Counted from the first letter of the stretch, positions 29,888 to 43,276 are shown. The stretch is DNA of 64,000 bases from the human T2T-CHM13v2.0 reference genome, Homo sapiens (GCF_009914755.1 NC_060928.1); one strand, 5' to 3'. Numbers and translations: made by a program. Notes: generated by a model not told the origin, from the sequence alone.

Positions 29888-30640
29888 TGTAGTAAACTGT
29901 AATATGTTTCCCAAGTTTTTATTTTCTTTTCTTAAGAGATTCATATTCAATTAATACGCTAATATCAGATTTTGCCATGTGACTTGTGATTTCTCACCCA
30001 AAAAGCATACTAAATTTTCCCTCCTAATTTTGTCATAATCAGTCATATGACTTGTTTTGGTAAACCACATCTGAGCAAATGTAGCATATGCCAGTTTTTG
30101 GCAGAAATTTTGAGATCCCTCTTGTGACTCCATCATAGCTCATAGTTTTCTTTCTACAATAAGTCTCGGTATGTCCCAGATAACATGCCCTTCAGATAGC
30201 ACCTTATTTAGAAGGAGATGTAGAATAGATCCAAATCTAATCCTCAATATATGTATAAAATGAGACAGAAATAAACATCTTTATTGTATGTCACAAAGAT
30301 TTTCTTTTTCACTATTACGTAACTTATCCAATGTTTACTGATACAGAAATGAGCGAGTGCATTCAATATAAGAAAATCTATATGAGTTATTGACCGAAAT
30401 CATGCAGTGTGTACTGAGGATATGGTTGTTGGAATCTGGAAACTGGTACTTCATGCTGCTCTGTAGTCACAACATATTTGTAAAATGTTTCTTGCAATAA
30501 CATATAAATTAAAATCAAACACAACAGATAAATGTGGTTTGAGGTGAAGAGAAGGGAAACAATGTTGTTAGGTAATATTTTTGCTCTTGCTTCCCTTTGA
30601 CAAAATATTTAAAGAAACCAATCAGTTTAGAAAGTAACTG
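29888..30640 (+). mobile_element. Old MLT1 (I/J-like) LTR plus probable internal remnant
   Basis: gccatgtgacttg, catatgacttgttttgg, gaaataaacatctttattg, ctgataca LTR end near 30344. Confidence 0.55.
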
Positions 30641-30642
30641 AC

Positions 30643-30880
30643 TCCCACTTATGAGTGAGAACATGGACACAGGGAGGCGATCATCACACAGCGGGGCCTG
30701 CCGGGGAGTCAGGGGCAAGGGGAAGGAGAGCATTAGGACAAATACCTAATGCATGCAGGGCTGAAAACCTAAATGATGGGTTGATAGGTGCAGCGAACCA
30801 CCATGGCACATGTAGACCTATGTAGTAAACCTGCACGTTCTGCACATGTATCCTAGAACTTTAAGTAAAATAAAAAAAAA
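30643..30880 (+). mobile_element. L1PA8-like 3' end with short 5' inversion
   Basis: gagagcattaggacaaatacctaatgcatgc...aacttt aagtaaaataaaaaa; TSD aaagtaactgac / aaagtaatcgac. Confidence 0.95.
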
Positions 30881-31259
30881 AAAGTAATCGACAAGATGTA
30901 AGAAGAAATGCAAAATAATAAAGTCCGGATATTACAAGACTTGCAGAAAGAAAGACCTGAAGAAGAAATTATTAGTTCAACCAAAAGCCAAAACTGAGTG
31001 GCAAGGCTCATTAAATTACAGCACCATAGCAAAAAACAAAATCAAGGAAGTTGCCAGCCTAAAAAAACACATTCGTCAATGTCACTATTTTATGTCGTTT
31101 TAACTAAGTTTCTAAAAACTGTCCCAGGATCTCTGGTTCTAGAGCTTGGGCATCCTGTACCTTGGGCAGCTTGGGTATAGACGTATGCATATATCAGATA
31201 TGAAAATAGAGTATAAGTCAGTCATTTACTGTCATCAAGCTGAAGCAAACTTAAAGAAG

Positions 31260-31510
31260 AGCAGTATTTAAGTATGTAGGTTGAAATCAGATAGTTTGGG
31301 TGTGAGCCCTGTGTTTGCAAATTTCTAGCTATGTAACCTTTGATATTTATTTAACTTTTTCAGGCTTATTTTACTCTCCCCAAAAATTGGAACTAAAACT
31401 GGTATCTACAGCTAACTCTTGAATTATTAAGGATTGAGTAAAGTAATATGCATAAAAAATTAACACAGTCCCTAGCAACTAGAAAATGCTAAATAAATGG
31501 TAGTAATTTT
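31260..31510 (+). mobile_element. MIR, near full-length relic
   Basis: tagctatgtaaccttt..ttatttaact core; 3' end cacagtccctagca..tagaaaatgctaaataaatggtag. Confidence 0.65.
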
Positions 31511-32074
31511 TGTATTTTTCATTGATACAACTAAGTAAGTAATTTCCTGTGACCTGCAGACAGTCTTTCTAGGACTATATTAGTTGAGCAAGCTGATATA
31601 TACCTCTATGACTCTGTCATAAATTGTTGTATAGTATCATGAGCCACACTGCCTAGGTATAGAATTTGAGTTCTGTCATCTTCCCAAATACCTAACTAAA
31701 GGTCATTGTAAGAAGAAAAAGGAACAATATGTGAAGATGCCTGGTACATAGCAAGAGCTTAGTAAGGTTTCCTAATATCAGTATCATCATTGGTGGTGTT
31801 GTGTTGCTGCAACCTGAACAGTCCTCTGAGTGGCATTCTTTCTTAAAAATATGTTAATAAAATCATTTATCCTAAAATCAAGTACCAGGGATCTGTCCGG
31901 TATTTGTCCTCCTAAAGATGACTGAGAAATCTCTGATACAAATGTGTTGATTCAAATTTTATTTGAGACATTTCTTTCCCTTATTTCTAGTCTCATTTAT
32001 AAAATTTGTTCATAACACGTATATGTTGTGTATGGTGTTCTATACTTTCTGCAATTTGGTATAGCTTTGTACAA

Positions 32075-32077
<3 letters not shown>

Positions 32078-32109
<32 letters not shown>

Positions 32110-32110
32110 T
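32078..32110. repeat. (TG)n microsatellite
   Basis: tgtgtg run with one ta interruption. Confidence 0.95.
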
Positions 32111-32799
32111 AGGTATTCCTTTTTCTGAGGCCATATTTTGGAATTGTGATCTAGTGGAAAAATTACAGGATTTCAAGAAAGACACTTTGTTTGATTACAA
32201 TATGCTATTGTGTGAAGATAAGTAATTCTTCAGTATAACAGGTTTTTCATCTACAGAATGAGGATAATACTAGCCTTGTTTATTTCTTAATTCTGTTATA
32301 ACAGAATTTGGGAAAATATTGACTATTACAAAATGTCACAATTATTTCATCTGGTTCTTAATCACATATAATACAATGTGTTTTATATTACTGGCATCTT
32401 GGTGTTCTCTTTATTAGTTTATTGAAAACAAAGCTGGTCAGACCTATCTAACAATATCAATATTTTTCAAGGTTTTATGTAGGGCATGTTAATGCTCCAC
32501 AAGTTCTTTTAATAATTTAGGAATATTATAATGGTGTTTCTAAGTGTGTGGTATATAGCGATATCATAATTAATGAGTCACTGTAAAATAGAAAAAATTA
32601 TTTTCTTCAAGATAATTTGATCATGTAGTCAATAGTTAGGAGTTAGAGCTGTAGTAGTCAAATAGTCATTACTGTGACCTAGAGTTTAAGAATTCTTTTT
32701 CTTCATTTGTGCTTCTCTAGTATCATAATTACAAAGAATTGGCATGACTGAACCTAAATATCTAATAAATAACAAATGTAAATGGCATAAACAGAATTC

Positions 32800-33725
32800 T
32801 TGGCATGTCTTTGGGCCTCATTCCCAAACAAGTCTCTTCGTTCCCCAGTACCCCCATCTCAGTAAATGCCACCTCTATGCTTCTAGGTTCTCAGGCAAAC
32901 CCTAGGAACCATCTTTGAATCCACACTTTTTGACATGTAATCCTTCAGCAAGCCTTAGACAGCCATCTCTATTGCTAAAATATATTTTTAGCCCAACTAC
33001 TCCTCTCCATCTTCTCAAATAATTTCTTTGTCCAACTCATCATTTTTCATTTGAAGTACTGAAAACTCTCTTCAAATATTTCTGTTTCTATTCTTACTTT
33101 CCTATCAAAGTACCTATTTAGCAGCTGCAGTGGCTTTATTAAAAATTGTTAAGCAGATCATATTATCCCCTATGTCAGTATCCTCCACTATCTTCCCATT
33201 ATGCTTAAAATATAAATCTAACTTCTTTATCAGGGCCCCAGGGGCTTCACAGTCTGACCCCTGTTTGTCCCTGAGAACTCAGGTCCCATAGTCTGCCCTT
33301 GCTCAGGGTGCTGTCGTAAGCATCATGTCATTCTCACCAAGCTCCTGTCTCCTCTATGCCTTTCCTTTGCTAAGAGCACTCTGGCTCCAGATGTCCATAC
33401 AGCTGAATTTGTATCATCACACAGGTCTTAGATCATAGGCTTCCTTTAGAAAAAAGAAAAGAACAGTTTTCTCATACCAATCTAAAGAATCTTATGCCCC
33501 AGACATTTGCTGTCTAAAGTATTACATTTTGCGTTTTCTTACTGCACTGACAAATGTCTTAAAGTATCTTATCCAGTCATTGGTTTATTGTTCAATTTTT
33601 ATCTCTGTATAACAAAGTATATAAATAAGCAATATCTGTTGTGATTGTCCCTGTAATTCAGTGTCTAGAGTAGAGCTGGACAAAAGTGTAAAATATTCAA
33701 TACATTTGTTGAATGATAAATTAAT
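32800..33725 (+). mobile_element. L2a 3' portion
   Basis: ccccatctcagtaaatgccacc, cagatcatattatccc, cttcccattatgcttaaaatataaatc, terminal tcaatacatttgttgaatga. Confidence 0.75.
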
Positions 33726-33856
33726 GTTTTTTCTCCTTTTTGGATTAAAGTTGTTGTATTTTTGTCACATCATTTTCTTTAGTGGGTTACTGCGCAAAAA
33801 TATTCAAGTCCAAAGACATTTTTTGTAATGTCCAGAGTGATTTTTGCTCTTTACTT

Positions 33857-33945
33857 TAAAAATACAGCATATATAACATTCATCAGAAATGAAAGTTATT
33901 TACAGTATAACATTTCTGATGAATGTTATATATATTGTATTTTTA
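33857..33945. repeat. Near-perfect inverted repeat (hairpin)
   Basis: 35-bp arms 33857-33891 and 33911-33945 are reverse complements with 2 mismatches; perfect 23-bp core atatataacattcatcagaaatg. Confidence 0.95.
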
Positions 33946-34285
33946 GAGAGATTCACTTTATATCAGAAAATTCACATTTATATTTTCAATTACTTTTCAA
34001 TAAGTGAGCAATACTTAATCAATCGTCACTAAGAGCTTTCTGATAAACGTAATTTTCACTGCAGTAATCTTAGATGTCAAGAGACTATTGTTTGCACAGA
34101 AAATCATAGAATTATATATTAGTTTCTGGTCATTTTCCGATATATTTTTATTTTTAAACGGAGAACAATATAGAAAATAGGGATTCTTCCTATGAAGGTT
34201 TTAAAATCCATGATTAATTACACAATCTAATTATAGAATAATCATGTTTTAAAAATAGTCACCTGTTACTTAAAGTAATTGATTA

Positions 34286-34624
<339 letters not shown>

Positions 34625-35122
34625 AATGTATGAAAAAGATTGATAAGAATGTTTTATGGCACTTTCTTCAATGCTATAAAGAAGGAGATTAAAAATAAAT
34701 AAATTAACTGAAACTTTGATAAAACAAAGAACAGAAATATTGTGTAACTATTTTCAAATAATTGCTGTTTAATACATTCAATGCTCTGCTTACAAATTTT
34801 AGTGTGGTTAATGTTCTGAAATGTAGAATTATTCAATGAGACATTGTAGCATGAAATAACATTTATTTATGAAACTTTGTTTTAGCAGCTATCAATTGTT
34901 GGTGACCGTGGGAAAGTCACACCATATTGCTGAATTTCATTCACATATTTGTAAAATGAGGATAAAAACTGCTTTTTTATGGGTATCATCATACCTGGAG
35001 TTATTTTCACCCTTGTGACATCTTCCTCTGCATTATTTATTTTACCCCACCCTATAATGAATTTTTCTGGGGCACTGCCAATTGTGCTCAAACTATTTTA
35101 TTTGAAATCTGAATTATTTTGA

Positions 35123-35150
35123 CTCACTCTATCACCCAGGCTGGAGTGCA
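35123..35150 (-). mobile_element. Isolated 28-bp Alu fragment
   Basis: ctcactctatcacccaggctggagtgca matches the reverse Alu 3' end. Confidence 0.75.
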
Positions 35151-35517
35151 TCTAAACACAATTGAAGCCATTTAATTAGATACAGATTCTTATTTGTTTG
35201 AGTATTTTATCATTTGCAATTATTTACTTGCTTAAAAAACAACAAAAATTTGCATATGCAAGCTATGTGTGGCTAATTTCTGTTACTGCATATACTCTGT
35301 ATTTCCCGCCATAATTTTGTAATTTTTCTCTGCATTCTGAGGCATCATTTTAAGTAGATTCTCCACATCACTGATTCTTGCACTATCAATGTATTCTTTA
35401 TTCTTAGTTGGTTCTGCAAAATCATTGTTTTATATTATTTCTAAATACTCAATTCACTGTTGTGTTCACTTACATATTTTATTATAATTGCCTCTATACA
35501 AGTTTTCTTCCTACTTC

Positions 35518-37846
35518 TTATATGTTTTGGCTCCGTGTCCCCACCCAAATCTCATCTTGAATTGTACTCCCATAATTCCCACATCCTGTGGGAGGGACCT
35601 GGTGGCAGATAATATAGATCATGGGGGAGGTCTCCCCATACTGTTCTCATGGTAGTGAATAAGTCTCACAAGATCTGATGGCTTTATCAGAGGTTTCCAC
35701 TTTTGCAGCTTCCTCATTTTCTCTTGGCACCACCATGTAAGAAGTTTCTTTCACCTGCTGCCGTGATGCTGAGGCCTCCCCAGCCACGAGGAACTGTAAG
35801 TCCAATTAAACCTCTTTTTCTTCTCAGTCTCAGGTATGTCTTTATCAGAAGCATGAAAATGGACTAATACAGTAAATTGGTACCAGAAGAGTGGGACATT
35901 GCTGAAAAGATACCTGAAAATGTGGAAGATACTTTGGAACTGGGTAACAGGCAGAGGTTGGAACAGTTTGGAGGGCTCAGAAGAAGACAGGAAAATATGG
36001 GACAGTTTGGAATTTCCTAGAGATTTGTTGAATGGCTTTGGCAAAAATACTGATAATGATATGGACAATGAAATCCAGGCTGGGGTGGTCTCAGATGGAG
36101 ATGAGGGACTTGGGAACAGGAGCAAAGGTGACTCTTGTTATGTTTTAGCACAGAGACTGGTGGCATTTTGCCCCTGCCCTAGAGATTTGTGAAACTTTGA
36201 ACTTGAGAGAGAGGTTTTAGGGTATCTGGCAGAAGAAATTTCTAAGGAGCAAAGCATTCAAGAGATGACTTGGGTACTGTTAAAGGCATTCAGTTTTAGA
36301 AGGGAAGCAAAGCATACAAGTTTGGAAATTTTGCAGCCTGACAATGTGATTGAAAAGAAAAACCCCATTTTCTGAGAAGAAATTCAAGCCAGCTGCAGAA
36401 ATTTGCATAAGTAATGAGGAGCTGAATGTTAATCCCCAAGACAATGGGGAAAATGTCTCCAGGGCATGTCAGAGGTCTTCAGGGAAGCCTCTTCCATCAC
36501 AGGCCTGGAGGTCTAGGAGAAACAAAAATGGTTTGGTTTCCCGAGCAGCGCCCAAGTTCCCTGTGCTGTATACAGTCTAGTGATTTGGTGCCCTATGTCC
36601 CAGCACCTCCAGCCGTGGCTGAAAGGGGCCAACATAGAGCTCAGGCAATGGCTTCAGAGGGTGCAAGCCCCAAGTCTTGGCAGCTTCCACGTAGTGTTGA
36701 ACCTGTGGGTGAACAGAAGTCAAGAATGGGTTTGGGAACCTCCTCCTGGATTTCAGAAGATGTATAGAAATACCTGAAGGCCCAGGCAGAAGTTTGCTGC
36801 AGGGTTGGGGCTTTTGTGGAGAACCTCTGCTAGGGCAGTGCAGAAGGGAAATGTGGGATTGGAGCCCCCACGGAGAGTCCATACTGGGGCGCCACCTAGT
36901 GGAGCTATGATAAAAGGGCCACTGTCCTCCAGACCCCAGAATGGTAGATCCACCTACAGCTTGCACCGTGTGCCTGCAAAAGCTGCAGACAATGCTAGCA
37001 CATTAAAGAAGCTAGGAGGGAGTCTGTACCCTACAAAGCCATAGAGGTGGAGCTACCCAAGACCATGGGAACCCACCTCTTGCATCAGCATGACCTGGAT
37101 GTGAGACCTGGGGTCAAAGCAGATCATTTGGAGCTTTAAAATTTGACTGCTCCACTGGCTTTCAGGGCTTGCAGGGACCCTGTAATCCCTTTGTTTTGGC
37201 TAATTTCTCCCATTTGGAAGAGCGGTGTTTACCCAATACCTGTACCCTCATTGTACCTAGGAAGTAACTACCTTGCTTTTGATTTTACAGGTGCATAGGC
37301 AAAAGGTACTTGCCTTGTCTCAGATGAGACTTTGAACTGTGGACCTTTGGGTTAATGCTGAAATGAGTTAAGACTTTGGGGGACTGTTGGCAAGGCATGG
37401 TTGGTTTTGAAGTGTGAGGACATGAGATTTGGAAGGGCCAGGGGTGGAATGATATGGTTTGGCTCTGCGTCTTCACCCAAATCTCATCTTGAATTGTACT
37501 CCTGTAATTCCCATGTTTTGTGGGAGGGACTTGGTGGGAGATAATTTGAATCATGAGGGTGGTTTCCCCCATACTGTTCTTGTGGTAGTGAATAAGTTCA
37601 CAAGATCAGATAGCTTCATCAGGGGTTTCCACTTTTGCATCTTCCTCGTTTTCTCTTGCCACCTCCATGTAAGAAGTGTCTGTCGCCTTCTGCCATGATT
37701 TTGAGGCCCCCCCAGCCACATGGAACTGTAAATGCAATTAAACCTCTTTTTCTTCCCAGCCTTGTGGAACTGTAAATCCAATTAAACCTCTTTTCTTCCC
37801 AGTCTCAGGTATGCCTTTATCAGCAGCATGAAAATAGACTAATACA
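35518..37846 (+). mobile_element. Complete THE1 (THE1A/B-like) MaLR element
   Basis: 5' LTR 35518-35871, internal 35872-37449 (gtaaattggtacc start, purine tract ggggccaggggtggaa-type end), 3' LTR 37450-37846; TSD acttc/acctc; ORF fragments such as LWNWVTGRGWNSLEGSEEDRK. Confidence 0.96.
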
Positions 37847-38427
37847 ACCTCCTACAGTTGTACAATCACAGCAATTACAAACTTTTATTTATGTTGTTTT
37901 TTGACCAGAGATGTATTTTATTTAGTTTCCATCATGTCTCTTGTGTGGTCTAAAAAGTAAATTAGTTTCAGATATTATAAGAATGACAACCTTTAAATAC
38001 ACATTCAGATGCCCTAGCCCTACTTCTCTTAAATATAATCATAACTGTCAATGCCGGTACTACCTTCCCACACCGCAAGAATTAGCTAGAAGTCAGTGTG
38101 GCTTTCTCTTAAGATGGATATAAATTTTCCTGAATGTCACTATCTCCACCATTCTGCACTTATTCTTGGCCTCTTTAATCTGTGACTCCTTCAACCATTT
38201 GAGCTTTTCTCATTTTTTTTACTTTCTGAAGAAGCAAACAGTGTGGTACATATTTTATAAAGTAATGAAAAGGCAAATAATATTGGTTTGATGTGCCTTT
38301 CCTTAACTGGGTTAAATTGTTAACTAAAGGATGTTTACCTAAGCTAAGGCAAAGCCAGGTACAAAATTGTGGTGTTTTGATACGAAATTTGATGGTCTTT
38401 GCAGTTATAATATTGCTACTGCTATGA

Positions 38428-38784
38428 TGCTGATAAAGACATATCCAAGACTGGGCAATTTACAAAAAACAAAAAAAAGAGGTTTAATGGACTTACACTT
38501 CCACATGGATGGGGAGGCCTCACAATCATGGCAGAAGGCAAGGAGGCACAAGTCATGTCTTACATGGGTGGCAGCAGGCAAAAAGAGAGAGCTTGTGAAG
38601 GTAAACTCCCATTTTAAAAACCGTCAGATCTTGTGAGACTCATTCACTATCATGAGAACAGCACAGGAAAGACTTGCCCCCATAATTCAGTCACCTCCCA
38701 CCAGGTCCCTCCCACGACATGTAGAAATTGTGGGAGTTACAATTCAAAATGAGATTTGAGTAGGGACACAGCCAAACCATATCA
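38428..38784 (-). mobile_element. THE1B-like solo LTR, about 20 bp missing at its 3' end
   Basis: tgctgataaagacata..gagactcattcactatcatgagaacagc..gggacacagccaaaccatatca. Confidence 0.92.
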
Positions 38785-40944
38785 TATGGTATAGAAAATT
38801 AATTACAACCACTTTAATTGTGCATTTATTCATTCATACTATTTATTCATTTATTTTAATAAAATATTTATAAGTTATTCATAGGTAATGCTCAAAAAAT
38901 AAGTACTTGTGAAGAATTCCTTCCTTAATACATTTTCAACCATTCCAAAGTGAATGCACACTTAAACTTATGGCTTACATGTTGGGAGAGTTTCTTTTTA
39001 TTATCCCATTTTCTTGAATTTATTTCCTCAAAGCATTTACTCTTGCAACCTTATTTTGCCCTCTGAAGCTTACTATAATTAATATTGTAATTTAAAATGT
39101 CTAGATGTACCATCCCTAGGCATACAGACACACATGTGCACACACATAAATGTGCACACAGACACACGTATCATAATGGCATTTTCAAATAGTGGTATCT
39201 ATAAAATTTGAGGAGATTCAGGAGGTCTTGGGTTGAGATGATTTATGGATACCTCAATAGACTCTGAAATTCAAACCAAATCTAGTATTATTGTCTGATT
39301 TACATAAGTTCATTTATTAAGATGTGTCCCAACTCCATCTGTAGAATTAAATTGCTGCTGCCTACTTCCACCTGTAACATAGTTCTTTCTTCCCTGGCTA
39401 ATTTGGGAGACCTTGGACAAATAAACTAGTTTTTTTTTTAAATAAATAAATCCCTATGGACTTCCTCAAATTAGGGCCATCAGCTATTTTAAGGAAACTG
39501 CAATGGGGCTTAAATAACATCTGCCCCTTTCACATTTTTGGAATCAGAATCTAAATACACCTTTCTTATTGCAATCAAACTGATTGTCTTTCTGGCACCT
39601 CTCAACCTCTATTCAGCTAAGACTTCATAGCATATCAGGATCTATTTAAGTTTCGTAATATATGCTTTGTATAATTATTTGATGACTAATCAGTAAATCT
39701 TTAAAGATTGGAAAAAATTAGAAATATTTATGATGGTAACTATGTACAATAATACAATATTGACATTAATACAATATTAATATATTAATACTAACAAAAT
39801 ATTTACACTTTGGAGAATTTTTTATTGTTTAAAAAATTATAGTGGTATCTGGGGGCACTGGCTGTAGTAACATGGTAAAGTTTCTTTCTTTGGGTGAAAG
39901 ATCCCCAAATTTGCACTTAAATAAATGAACTTGTACTTTATTACTACAGATGTTGATGTTGGAGAAGATGCATGGAATTGTTGTTCTATATTTGAGATAA
40001 TAAAACAGACATAATGCCCATGATTACCAAGTTATTTTAATTATCATTGCCCAAGTGTATCTAACCACAATATTATGTAGCTCTTTAACAAAAAATTTGA
40101 AAAAAACCTTTTTATTCGAATATCTATATATTTTCTAGCTAAGATATTTCAAAATTTAGTAAGCAAATAGCATTATGTAAATTAAAACACTATCCAAAAA
40201 GGGGAATGATTGTATGATTAGAGCAAAGATACCAATATGATTTTGTCAGAATGAGTTAATATTAAAATTAACATAACAAAATGAATACTTACAATTAAAT
40301 ATTCATAGACACATACACAATGACTTATTATTTAGCAACTGACCTTTTGCTTGTTAGAGATATTTTGCTAAAATATATCATTTTTAATTAGAATTCTAAA
40401 CTGACTTCCAAGAAATAAAATTGTTTATTTAGAATTTATGGCATCTAAAGTGATAAGCAAATTATTTATTCACATAATACTGAGGAAAAGCATTGTTCTC
40501 ATTAAAAATTCCTTTCATTACTCAAATTGATGCATAAAAATTCATTCAATTACCTTTGCACAATTATGTAGAATTGATTTCCATAAATATTTCTTTTTCA
40601 AGAACATTAGCAGCTTTACTAAGATATGATTGATATATAATATCTTACAAATATTTAAAGTGTGCAACTTGATCATTTTTGACATTATTGAACACTATAA
40701 TATAAGCCAATCAAGATACAAACATATAAATTCCACAAGTGTTTGTTGTGCTCCTTTGTAATTTATCCCTACATAGCAATCTGTACAGAAAATTCAGTTT
40801 TCAAAATAATGCATTTATATGCATATAAAATATATGAAGAGATAACACTTAAATGTAAATAAAGATGATATTGGGGTGGGAATGATATTATAGACAACTT
40901 ATAATTTTCTTCATTTTTTTCTATTTACATACTCCATTTTTCAA

Positions 40945-41172
40945 TTAAATTATTTTTAAAATTTCAGGACCAGAGGGTACAAGTGCAGGTTTGTGACATG
41001 GCTATATTACATGATGCAGAGGTTTGAGCTTCTAATTGTCCCTTCACCCAAGTAGTGAACAAAATACCCAATAGGTAGATTTTCAACCCTTATCCCTCTC
41101 CCACTCTCCTCCCTTTTGGAACTCTCAGTGTCTAATGTTCCCATCTTTTTGTCCCTGTGTATCTAATGTTTC
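40945..41172 (-). mobile_element. L1PA15/16-like 3' end
   Basis: gggtacaagtgcaggtttgt..acatgg, cacccaagtagtgaaca..acccaataggtag. Confidence 0.85.
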
Positions 41173-42839
41173 GATCTGATTCATTTCTTGTTAAATTTAT
41201 GTATCATGCAGTTTGATACGTTGTTTAAGTTACTTGAAAAAGTATAAGGCTGTAAGAAGATTTTAGGAATCTAGAAAACATTCCCAAAGATAAGTTTATC
41301 AAACTGTTTAACTGTCAGCAAACCTCTTTAATTTCCAATAATGGCAGTAGTGCATATGCTAGAACAGAATTATTAGCTAATAAGCTGATAAGTACCAGGA
41401 TCTCAGACTGACTTTTAATATTTAGTGAGAAATAATATGTTATTCAAAAAACTTAATTTAATTTATTTGAACAACTTTATATATCTCAGTAATATTTCAG
41501 GATTGAAATATTCAAGATAGAGGATAGAAATTTCATGAATGAGAGTACCGTGTTGTATGTTCTTATGCATTTATTATTTGAAATAAGGTTGTCAAAGCAT
41601 TACTAATATGAACTTGGAAAACAGAAAAAAAATTGTTAGTATGTTACAATTATTCCAAAAATTATAACATGAAAGGAAAATTTCACTACAATTCCTGGAA
41701 GACAAAGACATTTTTTCTAAAAACTGTAACAATAAAAGACTCTTCAAATAAGACAGTTTAAGACTACTTTTTATGACTTTTAGCAAATTCAGTTCTTTTT
41801 CTAAAGGCCATCAGTTGCTCCTTTTTTGTAAATTATCTTGCAGTTCTCTTGTTCGTTCCAGGCTGTCAAACTCTGAGCCATGTTCTGAGCCTGCATTCTT
41901 GACTGTGGCCTCAGGAACTCATTTGTATCTGTAACTCATTTGGAAGTCTCTGGGACTCATTGGAAAGTTGGATCTTCATTCCGAAGGCTCTCATGCCTAC
42001 CTGTTAGTTAAATTTGTATGCCTTTTCTCCTGTTTTAAGACAAGGCAGATACATTAATGCCATTTGATGAGGAAGTATGATCATGCTCACAGGAAAAAAA
42101 AAAAAAGGCCACCATGCTATATAATTTATTTTTAGTGTGTGCTTACTGTAACTTTGGGGAAAATAAGGGAAAAAAAAGCAGCAGGAAACCAAAGGTAATG
42201 GTACAATAAAGAAACAAAAAATGAGGGAATTACAGATGTAATAATATAGCGAAATGTGTGTCCTCAGAAAAAGTATTGAAATAAAATTATTAAAACAGAG
42301 ATTTGTATTAGATAATTTTATTTGTCATTATAAATTTCAAAAATGGAGACAAAAGAAATACAGAGTAGCTCTCAAATTATTTCTATGTACCAGCAATATA
42401 CAATTGAAAAATAAAATTTAAAAATTTCAGTGGCATACAATATGACCTACTTAGGGATAAATCCAACTAAAACACTGTGTAAAAAATGTTTTCTAAAAGT
42501 AAGAATAATTGGAAGTATTTTCTTATTATAGCTCTTACAGGGTTATTTTTATTATTGAACTTAATTTATTCACAAATTTATTTTTTATATTGGGGACAAG
42601 TTTTAATCACGAAAAATCCTGAGGTATAATTAAAGTACCCCAAGGACAATTTTCTATATTTGCTATTAAAAAATGAAGGTAATTTTCTTTACTAAAGTAA
42701 ACAACTGACTACTCTAGTAGGATTTTTTTTATTTTTTAATGTTCCAAAAGCAGCTAAGTGTTACAGGGTCTAGCTTCCTAGTTAAAGGGAGGGGCTATGT
42801 TTCACTAAGCATGTCAAAGGGTGTTCAACATTAGATCTC

Positions 42840-42908
42840 CAAACTTATTAAGTTGTGTACATTAAATGTGTACAACTTTGTGTATGTCTGTTATTCCTCA
42901 ATAGTGTT
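42840..42908 (+). mobile_element. L1M extreme 3'-end fragment
   Basis: aaacttattaagttgtgtacattaaatgtgtaca..tgtatgtc..ttattcctcaata. Confidence 0.55.
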
Positions 42909-43276
42909 TTTTCTAAATGAAAGGGGTTCTCAAGACATACAGTAAACGCTCTTGCCTAATATTCAGTTACAAGTCTTATTTAAGTGGAAGTGCTTATGAA
43001 TAGAACGTTAACATTCCTAAAGTCTCTGTTGATTTAGTTCTGTTTAAAAAGAAACATTATCAAACATTAAAAATAATAATATTCAACTGCTTTTTCTCAA
43101 ATTTTGAAGCTTTTTGTTCCTTCACTGTGTGAGAAATACAAGATGCCAATTTTATTAGTTTTTGTTGATGCTAACTATACTAATAAGGCCTACATTAGTA
43201 GTTGAAATTTGATTTAAAAGGCATTGTAGAAGATACAAATGATTATTATTATAAGATTATCTAAGAATATTTAAAT

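Noticed and set aside
37540-37555. DUX4-type site in the THE1 LTRs
   Set aside because: taatttgaatca has an extra base relative to TAAYYBAATCA; the equivalent sites I checked in other LTRs are also mismatched.
35751-37781. Cluster of overlapping 60-130 aa ORFs (also 59727-61059)
   Set aside because: All lie within THE1 LTR or internal sequence; decayed MaLR reading frames.
42850-42879. Quasi-palindrome aagttgtgtacat..atgtgtacaactt
   Set aside because: Imperfect and largely inherent to the L1M 3'-end sequence.
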